Assembly: GCF_036321535.1 (NCBI RefSeq)
Contig: NC_087437.1
Location: 5,952,001 to 6,016,000, forward strand
Length of the DNA: 64,000 bases
Origin: Camelus dromedarius
Lineage: Eukaryota
Direction: 5' to 3'
Shown: one piece after another, positions 47,500 to 59,530 of the stretch
Layout of the letters: each line of letters opens with the position of its first letter
Numbering within the stretch: position 1 is the first letter of the stretch
Notes under the pieces: model-generated
What the model saw: only the letters and a program-made list of their open reading frames with translations
Databases searched by the model: none
Told to the model about the DNA's origin: nothing
Program-made: the position numbers and the translations under genes

Positions 47500-49380
47500 A
47501 GCTCAGTGACAAGGTTTATCAATACCTTTCTTTTCCTGTGTACTCTTTAGTTTTTCTTTGGGGTGACTATTGTCCTAGGTTTTAAAGGCTTATTTTTTTT
47601 AGCAAGTTTTATCACTCATTCCAACCCAAACTCACCCCGAGTTGTGTAAATTTCTCAATTTCTCCAAATAGATTAGTCACCCTCCCAATTTCATCTTTTT
47701 AGAGAAAATTTTCTGGAACTTTCTGACTTATTTCAAGCCAGGCTGGCTGCTGCTGCTGGAGCTGCTCGACAGCTGTGCTTTCTAACAGTCCTGCGATCCC
47801 TACAGCACCATCCGAGGGATCCTTGGCCAGGCTCTGGGCACTCCACCGCCTCGTTCTCACCCGTCCTCTGTCCTTGGTGTACGTGCTCATTTTTGTAGAG
47901 GGCCTGCTCCAGCGATTTCTGAGAACAGGTGCACGGGAATACGGGTTTTGGGTCTTGAATGTCTGCAAGGGGCTTTGTTCTGCCCTCACACAATTTGGCT
48001 GGCGTTGGGTATGGGTTGGAAGTAATTTCTCTCAGAACTCTGAAGGAATTCCTCCCCTGTCTCACTGCTGGTGTTGCCATGTGAAATTTGGAGCTGGTCT
48101 ACTTCCTGATCTTTTGTTGGAAATCTTTCTTTCTCCCCAACTCTACGTGTTTGGAGGGTATCTCTTTGCTCCCAGTTTTGAACTTTTCCAGCGATGGATC
48201 TGGGTGTGTTTGTTTTCACTCACGTGGGACTTTCAATGAACTTTTTCAGTCTGAAAACTCAGGTGTTTCATTAAGTGGAGACACTTAATGAACTGTACTT
48301 TTGATCATTTCCTTCCTTTCATTTTCTCTGTTCTCTCTTTCTGGAACTCCTTTTGTTTTTTTTTTTGTTTTTTTTTTAAAGATTTTGAACCTTCTGGGCT
48401 GGTTCTCTAATTTTCTTATATTTACCTCTTTTACTTTCTTTATCTGTCCTGCATTCTATTTTCTGAGGTTTCCTCAATTTTGTTTTCCAACCCTCCTACT
48501 GAGTTTCACACTTCAGATGTCCCATTTCCATTTGTAATAGCTTTCGTTGTTGCTGTTCCTCTCAGGATGAGTATTTTTTTCTGACGTATTCTCCTGCAAA
48601 GACTTGTTTCCTCCCAGTTGCTTTTTCCTGTTTGTTTCTGTCTGTCCTCTCAGATGATGTCTGCAAGTAGCCGGTGATCCTTGGCTGTCTTGCTCATATA
48701 GAATACGTTAACTACAAGCCAAGAGAAAGTTCTGTGCTTAGATGGGACTGTGATGGTTGCGTTCACTGGGAAGTGAACTGGCTGCTTCCCTGGATAACCC
48801 CAAAGGTCCGTCTGTGTTTTTTAAAGTGTGGCTTCTGCCAGGACAAAACCCTTCCAATCTCCTGCCTGAAGGGATCTACTTTCTCGTATTCTGGGGAGTC
48901 TGGGGACCTCAAATTCAGTATTTTAGTATATTCAACACCCCCTTTTCGAGGAAGTAGTCCCACACTCAGCTGTTCCTCATCTCTCTTGGTCCAGAACTGT
49001 TGTTTTGCACTTTCCAGAGAACTAAACCTCCAGTCTTCTGCCAGAGCGAGGAAGACAGTCTCTGTGCTTCTTGAAGGAACTTCTAACCAGTCCTCATGTC
49101 TTCGACTCCCCTTCACCTTGTGTCCGGTTCCCAAGCTTCCAGAGGCTTTTACCTCTTACATCAAGTTGCTTCTCGGCTCCTCCCTGCCGCTGGCCTGGCA
49201 CTCGGCCTTCTCAGGCTGCTAAGTCGGTTTCCACATAACATCTCTCTCCAAGTAGCAGCATCTTGCTGCTGCTGTCCTCTCTCCGGCTTCCTCACTCCCC
49301 GAGGGTTTCTCTGTAACGACCTTAACGTCCCTGGAGTGGAGACTGGGAGGGAGCAGAGCTAACTGCTTGCATTAAAGCTG
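47500..49380 (-). mobile_element. Highly decayed L1/HAL1-like region
   Basis: T-rich plus strand with antisense ORF1-type motifs such as TTTTCTCTGTTCTCTCTTTCTGGAACTCC. Boundaries uncertain. Confidence 0.45.
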
Positions 49381-50325
49381 CCATTTTCCAATGGAAGTTT
49401 CATCCTGCTCTTCTGCACGTTAGAGAATCACGGTTCCTCCAAGTGGAAAGCACCTCAAGAGAGTACGCAGTGAACCCTTCCCTTCAGAGAGCAAAGGACG
49501 CTGTTGAAACGGCAGGTGAGGTGGTTGAAGCACCAGGAAACTGCGTGTCCTGGGCGAGGTCAGACACGGTCACCCAGATAGACAAGTCTGTATGCTGTAA
49601 ACAATTACCCCTCAGAGGTTTACACTCTGTTTCCCCACCCTTAGCACTATTCCAGCAACACCCAGATCCTTGTCGGTAATACCTTACAACACCTGCACTG
49701 CACCCTCCTCCAGTGGGCAGATGAATTCTTCATATTAGAATATTAAGTGTTGAACTAGCTATAAAATTTGACTGTTTTACTTCTTGTGTAGTTGACTTAA
49801 AGAATTTTCAGACACAACCAGATTTTTTTAAGGAGTTGATATGCGCTAGGTATGATCTTCTGAGTAACACATACAGAAAAACACCTATCAATACATCATA
49901 ATTTAAAAGTTATTCGTATAGCTTTTAAAAATAATGGGTAAAATAATAATTTTTAATTTTCAAGAAATACTTAAAACCGAAAAAACATCTTGGTTTGTTT
50001 GAAGTGTCTTATTCTATTGTTTGATAGAAGGCTATTCATTACATTTTAGAAGAAAACCCAGGCTTTGACAAAGGTACTTGTAGAGAAAAAAATGACCAAG
50101 ATTTGGAGTTCAACTTATTTTAAACTAATGTTACTTTTCTCCCCAGTGTAATATAAGACCAGAGCCTTCAAATATCACTAAATTATAATAATAAAATTAA
50201 AATATGTTTATGAAATAATTCACTTTAGTCTGTAAACATTTTTAAGAATTTTAGAAAAGTAGAAGCTTTAACAGATGCAGCATTCCCAAGGAAAATTAAG
50301 GAGAAAAAGAAAACTGTGCACTTAC

Positions 50326-50489
50326 AGATTCTTTTCTGCCCATAGTTTTGCTGTGCGAGCGGGAACGGGAGATGTTGCTGAAAAAGGAGTCCTTTTTAGT
50401 GGCAGATGAAGGCGGGGAGCCAGTGAACTCTCTTCCTCCAGGCAAACTCTCAGTGCTTGGAGATGAACTGATGTTTTTAGAACTCTGTC
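50326..50489 (-). CDS. TBC1D5: TBC1D5 coding exon, 164 nt, phase 1-0 (Ser-rich linker)
   Basis: Acceptor TTTTTCTTGTAG|GA, donor TCT|GTAAGT. Translates (x)QSSKNISSSPSTESLPGGREFTGSPPSSATKKDSFFSNISRSRSHSKTMGRKES. Upstream exons lie beyond the window. Confidence 0.94.
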
Positions 50490-50656
50490 CTACAAGAAAA
50501 ATGAAGAAGCAATAATGAAACAGCAGACTTTTTCACTGCTACTGAATTAACTGCCTTCAATAAATGATCAATAATGGTATTTCTTTATTCACACTGTCAA
50601 CATAATGACGCTGTGGAGTAAGATGCATGCATTTTTATGTAACAGAATAGTGGCCA

Positions 50657-50752
50657 ATTTTTTTTTCTTTTTAATGGAGGTACTGGGGATCGAACCCTGG
50701 ACCTTGTGCACGCTAAGCATGCGCTCTCTACCTAAGCTGTATCCCCTAGCCC
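50657..50752 (-). mobile_element. tRNA-derived SINE (Vic-1-like)
   Basis: TTAATGGAGGTACTGGGGATCGAACCCTGGACCTTGTGCACGCTAAGCATGCGCTCT..., flanked by CAATTTTTT on both sides. Confidence 0.9.
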
Positions 50753-51481
50753 TGCTGTCAATTTTTTAAAGCAATGAAGTACTGCTACAGTTTTCTACAA
50801 GTTATTTATACTACAATGACCTAAGTGTAGTACACATACAAAAAAACCTGAAAAATCCAATTTTTAGAAATTACACGTTAAAAGACTGGATTTTCCCTCA
50901 CTAATGGAATCATCCTTCATAATAGAAGCCCGAACCAATTATACTGCACATCATCTTATTAATATAAAAAAGTCTAAATCCTTCACCAATTTTTCAAGAG
51001 CCTCTTTCCTTTTCATTAACTGCAGAACAGACACACTGTGACCCCCAGACCAAGGAAGGAGCATCTGGAAATGGGACAAGGTGCAGGCGCAGAGTGGCAT
51101 GCCAGACTGGCTCCCCCGTTAGCAGGGCTGCGTCTGTGACTCTGGCAGGGCCTTATTCACTGACAGGTTCTGGAGCCATAAAGCTCCTTAGACAGGAGCA
51201 GGGGCTCCAGGGAGTCCTGCGGGGAGGGTGGCAGGGTGCGGAAGACAGGTGGACAGAACTGGCTACGGCCAGGCCCGCGTGGGTCTCACTTACACAACGG
51301 GGAGACTCCTGGAAGACTGTCAGGGGGACTTAAGGACCTAGCGCAGTACCTGATGTGCATTCATTTGTTCATTCATTCATTCACTCATTCATTCACCCAC
51401 AGCAACTGAAGGCCTAGTCAGTGCCAGACACTTCTAGATGCAGGGAGACCGTGGAAACTAGACCATCAAAAATCCCATCCT

Positions 51482-51592
51482 GGGAGAGGATACAGCTCCG
51501 TGGTAGAGCGCCTGCTTCGCATGCACGAGGTCTCGGATTCAATCTCCAGTACTTCCATTAAATAAATAAAGTAAAAATATAATAAAATATTA
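51482..51592 (+). mobile_element. tRNA-derived SINE, first of a tandem pair
   Basis: CAGCTCCGTGGTAGAGCGCCTGCTTCGCATGCACGAGGTCTCGGATTCAATCTCCAGTACTTCCATTAAATAAATAAA. Confidence 0.9.
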
Positions 51593-51740
51593 GGGTGGGG
51601 GGGTAGAGCTCAGTGGTAGAGTGCCTGCTTAGCATGCATGAGGTCCCGGGTTCAATCCCGGGTACCTCCATTAAATAATTAAGTAAATGAATGAATGAAC
51701 AAGCAAACTAACAAAACCTAATTACCCCCTCCCCCCAAAA
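51593..51740 (+). mobile_element. tRNA-derived SINE, second of a tandem pair
   Basis: GAGCTCAGTGGTAGAGTGCCTGCTTAGCATGCATGAGGTCCCGGGTTCAATCCCGGGTACCTCC...AAACCTAATTACCCCCTCCCCCCAAAA. Confidence 0.9.
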
Positions 51741-52429
51741 TTCCATACTTCATACTTCAAGGAGTTCACTTGCTAGTGAGCAGAGACAAATACATGAATA
51801 AAATATGTATGATTTTAGATGTTAGTAAATACTGTCGGGAAAAATAATGTAGTCAAAGGGGCCATGAGTATCTGAGGAAGGCGTGAGGTCTTAAACAGGA
51901 TGGTTGAGAATTGAGATGCGTGACACCTGGGCAAAAACTTGAAGAAGGTAAAATATCAGCTTGGCAGGTTAATATGAAGGGACAGCAAGTGCCAAGGCCC
52001 CAAGCAGGACCTTTGTGTTTCGAGGGACAGCAGGGAGGCCAGGGCGAGGTCTGGGAGCTGGTGGGCATCGCGGCAGGTGGGGACCTGTAGACAATTTTCA
52101 TGACTTTTCCTCTGAGATGGGAAACCACTGGAGGATTTCAGCAGAGGAATGACAAGATTTGATTTAATTTTAAAAGGATCAATCTGACTGCTGTTGTGGT
52201 GAACAGAATGAGGAGTGAGAGAGGGCAAAAGAAGTGGGGAAACAATTTTTCCTGCTGCAAAAATCCTGGTATGAGAGGGAGAGAGGGGTCAAGTTTAACT
52301 CCACGTTCTAAGATCAGACAGTGGTGATGGTTGAACATCCCTGTGAATACACTAGAATTTTACACTTCAAAAAGGTGATTTTATGGCATGTGAATTATTA
52401 TTATTTATAATTAACCTGTGATTTTTATA

Positions 52430-52700
52430 AAGTCAGTCTTCACATGTGACTGCCGGCCAGGGACTGGCAGTGAGGGCGGGCCGTTTCCACCGACGCCGGG
52501 CTCCCTGGTAGGAGCTTGGCTGCGGGGCTGCCTGCTGAGCCGGCAGACTTCCAGGACATCTGCATCGCAGTCCGATGCACCCCTTTCTGAGTTCCATCCC
52601 CTCCTCTCTTCCCTTCACAGATGTTATTCCCCAATAAACCTTTTGTACGTCTAACTCCGTCTCAGGGTCTGCCTCCTGGAGAATCCCACCTGCAACGGGG
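52430..52700 (+). mobile_element. ERVL-type LTR relic (LTR16-like)
   Basis: CCCCAATAAACCTTTTGTACGTCTAACTCCGTCTCAGGGTCTGCCTCCTGGAGAATCCCACCTGCAAC resembles LTR16-family 3' ends. Confidence 0.55.
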
Positions 52701-53059
52701 GATGCTGGGGTGAGCCCTGACGGAGCCTTGGGGTGGCCCTGAGGTCGGGGGAGGAGAGGCAGCAGGAACCTGCTGTACGAGCATCCCGCGCTGACCTCAG
52801 GGTCCAGACTATCAAAGTCAGCCTGCACCTTCGCTTCTTCCCTGCTCTGCCTCCTTCTGTCTCCCGCCACCCGCAGGCTCTGGGTCTTCACTTCCCCAGG
52901 CTCCATTTCATGGCAGTGATCTCCGGAGTACAGGGTCCTAGAATGATGGAGCTGACAAGGACCCCGGGAACCACCTACTTGTTTTCTCTTTTAAAATTAT
53001 GCCGCTAATACATAGAACATTTTTACCATAAATAGATTAAATGTGAAAACTGCCTTTAT

Positions 53060-56000
53060 AAAAAAAATCAGCTTTACTGAGTGGTAATTCATACACCATA
53101 AAATTCACCTTTTTAAAGTATATACTTCAGTGATTTTTACTATATTCAGAGATTCTCAATCATCACCATCTAATTTTAGAACATTTCTGTTGCCTGCAAG
53201 AGACCTCCTGCCCCTTAGCAGTCACTCCCAATACTGTCCTCTCCACAGCCCTCGGTAACCACTAATCAACATTCTGTCTCCAAGGCTCTGCCTTTTCTGG
53301 ACATGTCATAGAAATGGGATTAAACAATGTGTAAGCTTTTGTGACTGGCTTCTTTCAGTTGGCAAAGTGTTTTCAGGACACATTTATGCTACAGCCAGTA
53401 TCAGGATCTCATTCACTTTTCATTGCCAAATAATATTCTATTGTACAAATAGACCACATTTTGTTTATCCATTCATCAGTTAATGCCATTTAGCTTGTAC
53501 CATTTCTTGGCTATTACGAATAATGGTACTTTAAACATTCATGTATAAATTTTTGTGTAGATATGTATTTTCATTTCTGTTGGGTCAATACCTAGGACTC
53601 AAATTGCTGGGTCAATATGTAAGTCTGTGTTTAACATTTAGAGAAACTGTCAAATTGGCTTTGAAAGTAGCCACACCATTTTACATTCCCATCAGCATTG
53701 TACGAGGGTTCCAACTTCTCCAAATCCTTGTCAACACATATTTGGCTGTTCTTTATTTTAGCCATCCTAGTGGGTATGAAGTGGTATCTCGTGATTTTTA
53801 TTTGCGTTTTATCAATTCATGTGCTTATTAGACATCTGTGTATCTTCTGTGGAGAAATGTCTCTTCAAACCTTTTGCCCATTTTTAACACTGGGTTATCT
53901 GTCTTTTAATTGTTGAGCTGTAAGAATTCTTCATATATTCTGTGTACAAGTTCCTTCTCATATATATATATATGTAATTTGCAAAAAATTCTCCCATTCT
54001 CTGCACTGTCTTTTCACCTTCTTAATGGGACCCTTTGAAGCCAAAAAGTGTTTAATTTTGATAAAGTCCCATTTACCTACTTTTTCTTTTTGTTTGTGCT
54101 GTTGGTATCATAAGAAGCCATTGCCTAATCACAAAGATTTACTCCTATATTTTCTTTAAAGTGTTATAGTTTTTGCTCTTGCATTAAAGTCTATGATCCA
54201 TTTTGAGTTAATTTTTGTATATAATGTGAGGAAGTAGTTCATCTTCATTCTTTTTCATGCAGAGATCCAGTTTTCCTAGCACTATTTCTAGAAAAGACTA
54301 TTTTCTCTCCATTGAATGGCCTTGGTACCTGTGCTGAAAATCAACTTACCAAAATTGTAAGGGTTTATTTCTGTGCTGGAAACTCTGTTCCATTTACATA
54401 TGCTTATCTTTAGGACAGTACCAGGCTATCTTGATTACTGTGCGATATATACAGTAAGTTTTGAAGCCGAGGAGTATGAGCTTTCCAATTTTGTCCTTTT
54501 TCAACTCTGTTTTTTACCATTAGGAGGGCTTTGCATTTCCAGATTAATTTTATGATCACTTTGTCAAATTTCCCCAAAAAGACACCCGAGATTTTGACAG
54601 TGATTACAATGAATACACAGATCAATTTGGGTAGTAATGCTACCTTAACAATATAAGATACAAGCTAAATACATTTATACTGTATTTTGTATTTACTGAT
54701 GCAGTTACATTTATCTATGCTTTTTCTTTGTGTGGATTTGAATTAACTTATAGTATCCTTTCATTTCAGCCTGAAGGACTCCCTTTACTATGTCTTATAG
54801 GGCAGATTTCCTAGCATCGAATTCTGTTTTGTTTTATACGTGACTGTCTTAATTTCTCCTTTCTTTTAGGAGAATAGTTTTACTGGATAAAGAATGATTG
54901 AACATATAGTCCTATTGCCTTCTGGCCTCCAAGATTTTTAATAAGTCAGCTATTAATCTTATTGAGGTTCCCTTGTATACCATGAGCTGTTTTTCTCTTT
55001 CTGCTTTCAAGATTCTCTCCTTGTCGCTGGCTTTTAGCAGCTTGCCCATGATGTGTTTAGGTATGGACCTCTTTGAGTTTATCCTGTTTGGAGTTCACCG
55101 ATCTTCTTTGAATACACAGACTAATGTGTTTCATAAAGCTGTGGAGTGTTTCAACCAGCATTTCTTCAACACTCCTCCTGTAGCTTTCTCTCTCTTTTCT
55201 CCTTCTGGGACTCCCACCACCTGCATATTTGGTATACTTGATGGTATTCTGCAAGTCTTTGAGACCCTGTTCATTTTCTTTCATTCTTTTTTTGTCTCTC
55301 TCTTTTTCAGACCAGATCATCTCAACTGACCTATCTTCAAGTTATGATTCTTTCTTCTGTTGGCACAAATCTGCTGTTGATTCTCTGCAGTGAAATTCTC
55401 ATTTTGGTTACCATATTTCAACTCCAGGATATCTATTTGGTTTTTTCTTTTTTAAATCCTTATTGCTTTTTTGATATTCTCTATTTGGTGAGACACTGGT
55501 CTCATACATGCCTTTCGATCTTCAGACTCAGTTTCCTTTAGCTTCTAAGAGATACTTATAATGGCTGATTTAATGGCTTCTGGATCTAGTAAGTCAAGTG
55601 AGTGTCTCTGCTTCCTCAGGGGCAGTTTGCATTGACTGCTTTATTTGCTGTCATACAGGCCATACTTCTGTTTCTTTATATGTCTCACAGACTGTTTATT
55701 GAAAACTGGGCATTTTAATAAAATAATGTGGTGGCTCTGCAAAACAGATCCCACCCCATGCCCCAGATCTCTTTTATTTGTTGTTTTTTAATTTTTAAAT
55801 TAAAAAAAAATTTTATGGTTACTTCCCTAAATGAATTGTATAAAGCCTACATTCTCTGTTGTTATGTGCTGCCCACTGAAGTCTCCTCTTGGTGAGCTTA
55901 GCAGTCAGTTAGGAGACAGACGCTTCCTTTCCTTAATGACTTGCACCAGTAAATCTCTAAGCCTTTGCTGGGGGCTCTGTGTGTGTGTTCGGGGCATGCC

Positions 56001-56770
56001 TTCAGTGCTCCAGCAGGCAGCTTACAACTCTGCTCTAGATCCTACAAATCTTGCCTCTGCAAGGTCTCAAGTTCACGCAGAGCTGGCAGATTAAACTCTT
56101 CTCAGTCTTTCCTGGGCAGGTGCATGGTCCTGCATGTGTGCGGCCTCTAGGATTCCAGGAAAATATTGGAGCTTTTCAAAACCCCCAATGGACATCTCAC
56201 TCCTTAGATTTTCCTTTTAAGTTTCTTGCTAGCCTCTGATTTTCCTATTCAGTTTTTGGTTCACCTCTTGTCTGCTCCGTTTCTGCCTTGGGCGGCTGTG
56301 GTGTTAAGTAAGTGGCACTGACTGTTTCTGATGGAGGCCCTCTGGATCTGGTTTCTCCCTTAGCAAGCTATACATAAAGTCAAATAGAGACAAGCCCTAT
56401 GCCATAGGCTTTTCAGTGAACTGCTGGACACGTCAAGGAGTGACAATTTAATGGGGGTAGGACTTTTAGGGTGCTCCTAACTCATCCTTTTTTCTCCAGG
56501 GGTTGTGAGGCCACTGGTTATCAAAGGCTATGGCAGAGCTGGGGAGAGGAGGTGGAAATAGGAAAGTTAAGATGTTACAAAGTGCGCTGTTATTACCAAG
56601 ACTCTGCCTTCTCCCCCTTGAATAGATGCTCCTTAAATGGACTCAATCCTTTGATTAATTTCCAGAGTTCTGACAAAGATGATTTTGGCATTTCTGCCAC
56701 TCTTCCTATTACTTTTATGGAGAAAAAGATTTTCAGACGTCCTTACTGTGTTATTCCAAAAGTACTCCCC
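53060..56770 (-). mobile_element. Old L1 (L1MB/L1M4-like) with 5' end, ORF1 remnant, distal ORF2 and 3'UTR
   Basis: ORF 55057-55320 (KRMKENEQGLKDLQNTIKYT...) is ORF1p-like. Antisense ORF2/3'UTR motifs at 53060-54650; 5'-end-like sequence near 56640-56770. Confidence 0.85.
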
Positions 56771-57832
56771 TCAGTAACTTGCTTTTTGAACTTGGTCATG
56801 AAGATCTGTCCTTGCTATAGGTAAAAATCGGCCTTATCCTTTTTAACAAACATGAAGAAAAAAATTTTGTAGCATTCCTGCATAGTTAGGATTTTTCTAA
56901 TTTTTTGCCTTTACAGACAAAATGACAACACTCTAGAGAGGTACATCTTTAGGTACAGTTGGTTATTTCTGTAAGGTAAATTTATACAAGTAGAAATGGT
57001 ACATATGTTTTAAATTTAGATAAATGACTCCAAATTGCTTTCACCTAAGATTTTAACATACATACGTGTGTGTGTAATATATATTTTTATGTAAGTGTAA
57101 CATGACATACCTTTATCTATTTATTTATTTGGTAATCTGATGGAGGGAGGACTTCACTGACTTAGCCTGAAGTTTCTTGGTAACTAGTGAGGCTAAATAT
57201 CTTTTAACACTTTAATATAGGTGATCTGAAGGTCCTACATGAATTGTCTCTGCTCATTTTATTTTTAAGAACTGATTTAGGGGAGTGTCTCCTAAATTCT
57301 AGAACAAAGCCCTTTGTATATATGTGGCATTTCTTACCCCAAGGTGATAAAGTGGGAAACAATTTAAGTATTTATTATAAACCGAGATGTTTCTTTTTTC
57401 TTTTAGGAATATTTTCTCATTGTTCCTTGGAACTCTACTCCTTAAGTAGCTTCTAATGCCCTGGGTTGGTGGATGATAAACCTAAAACAAAGGAATGTTT
57501 ACTCAGCTTTGAGTTTCAGATTACTTTTAAAAGTCCATGGTGGGGGGTGGGGGCGGAACCTAGGAAGGCTACAGCATTTTGATTCACAAGAACATGGCTT
57601 TTTCACAAAATGAAATGAAAAAACTTCCATCTTTTTTTAAGTTTTTACAACTGAATTTATCTGTCCCTTCAAAATTCGGATCACCCACTTATTAAATTAT
57701 CTGGCACTGGTGACTTCTTAAAGGCATTATAATGGCTTTTTGGATTTTTCCTATGTTAATTCCTTTATTAAGTTTCTCTCTTCCTTCTTGGGTCAATTTT
57801 GATAATTCATATCTTCCTCCCAAAGTCATACT

Positions 57833-58295
57833 ACATGGCAGAATGATGCCTGTGCCCTTAATCTCCAGAGCCTGTGAATATGTTACTTTCTATGGCGAAA
57901 GAGACTTTGCGGGTGTGATTAAAGAAACTTGGGATGAGAAGACTGTCCTGGAGGATCATGGTGGGTTGACGTGAACACATGAATCCTTGAGGTGAAGCAG
58001 GGAAGTACAAGAACGAGTCAGAGATGGGACTAAAGAAAAAGGAGGCAGTTGAAACATGAGAGGGATGTGACCTGGTGGTGCTGGTTTTCAAGAGGGAGGA
58101 AGGGGGCCATGAGCCAGTGTGGGGATGGCCCTCAGCTGACAGCCAGCAAAGAAATGGGACCTCAGTTCTGTGGTCACAAGGAACTGAATTTTGCCAACAG
58201 CAGAAAAGATTCTCCCCAAGAGCCTCTGGACACCTTGGTTTTAGCTTGGCCAGACCTGTATCAGACTTTTGATCTGCAGAACTGTTAAATAAATA
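57833..58295 (+). mobile_element. MaLR LTR (MLT1D-like)
   Basis: GGCAGAATGATG...CCTGTGAATATGTTACTTTCTATGGCGAAAGAGACTTTGC...CAGCTGACAGCCAGCAAAGAAATGGGACCTCAG...CAGAACTGT. Confidence 0.85.
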
Positions 58296-58593
58296 GGAAA
58301 TCCTCATGAATACTTCTTTGATTATTCTGCTCTACTTCTGATCTCTAGACTCTCAATATTTGACATGATAGTTCAGATTCTGAGTTAATCTAAAATTCCG
58401 GGTAGAATCATTTAAATTTTATTATACACCTACAAAAAGAATTTTTAATTTTGTGGACTACAACAACTCCCCTCCCCCATTTTTTTTCCAAAGTGAAAAA
58501 AATAGTCATAAGCAGTTATATATGTCCAATCTTATAAAATTTTAGTTCCCTTGAATACATTCTGAAATAAAGCAGGGGTTATCTATTACATAC

Positions 58594-58633
<40 letters not shown>
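58594..58633 (+). repeat. (ATCT)10 tetranucleotide microsatellite
   Basis: Read directly; perfect units. Confidence 0.95.
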
Positions 58634-58634
<1 letters not shown>

Positions 58635-59119
58635 ATACTTATACAAGTAAAGTTCTATCAAATCTATTGGGAAATGTTTTCATAAAAGGAATTATAATAT
58701 TATCAAGGAAAAAAATCTTCAGAAGTTATCCCAGTCATACGCTGTACAAAATAATTTCCCCTCAATTACAGAAATTAGCTAACATTTTGGTGCCCTTGGA
58801 GAATATAAACTTAGGAAGATGGGGTCACCAGAATGTGAGACAGAAAGAAGGAACCTGAGACTTCCCTGCCCTTCCCAGACCCAGCACAGGCGGGAAAAGC
58901 CAGCCCTGGCGTGGGGCACCAGGTACACGGGCGACATTCCATCCCCAGGCCTCGCCCGGACAGCTCCTGCGCTAGGGGTCAGTTTTCTCGACAAGCCCGT
59001 AGTCCATAAAGTGGTCCTGAGGCTCTGTAAACCTTTCACAGGTTTTAGCTGATAGGAACATTAACCATTCCTTCTGTTGCACCCACGCTTGAGCTTATTC
59101 CAGGAGGCACATTCTTAAA

Positions 59120-59530
59120 TCCCTGGCTGTGGTGCCCCGGCCACACCCCCTCGACAGGACTGAGGTCCCGCTTCTCCCAGATGCTGGGCACGTTGGCTGC
59201 TGACAGCTCTCATGGGTTCCTCTCTGCAAACAGCCCCTGGCTGACGAGTGCTCTGTCTACAATCTGCCCCTTCCCTGGGAACAGCTCTAGTCCAGGGGCT
59301 GGTCTGGGTGGACAGAGGACAAAGGCTGGCCCCCCGGCCTCTGACAGACCACTCTCAGGGTCCCATCCCAGCCCCAGAGGTTCCAGAGCAACTGAAACCA
59401 GCTCACCTGGACCCTAGGCTCAGTGCTGCTTCTTTCCCTCCCAGGACTGATCCTCAGGGCACGGCCCCGAAGCTTCCGACCCGTAAATCTCTGTCTCGGC
59501 TCATTTCTCCAAAGCGCTGACCCAAGACAA
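59120..59530 (+). mobile_element. ERVL-type LTR relic (LTR16-like)
   Basis: CTGCTGACAGCTCTCA...GGGTGGACAGAGGACAAAGGCTGGCCCCC and terminal TAAATCTCTGTCTCGGCTCATTTCTCC...TGACCCAAGACA. Confidence 0.5.

Larger units (their letters stand above)
51355..52290 (-). mobile_element. L2 relic interrupted by a SINE pair
   Basis: (CATT)n end at 51358-51395, then GTGCCAGACAC, and later TGAGATGGGAAAACCACTGGAGGATTTCAGCAGAGGAATGACAAGATTTGATTT, typical L2 3' sequence. Confidence 0.7.

Noticed and set aside
47775..49222. Hydrophobic ORFs (154 aa, 182 aa) resembling membrane proteins
   Set aside because: Leu/Phe richness follows from the T-rich antisense strand of decayed L1-like sequence.
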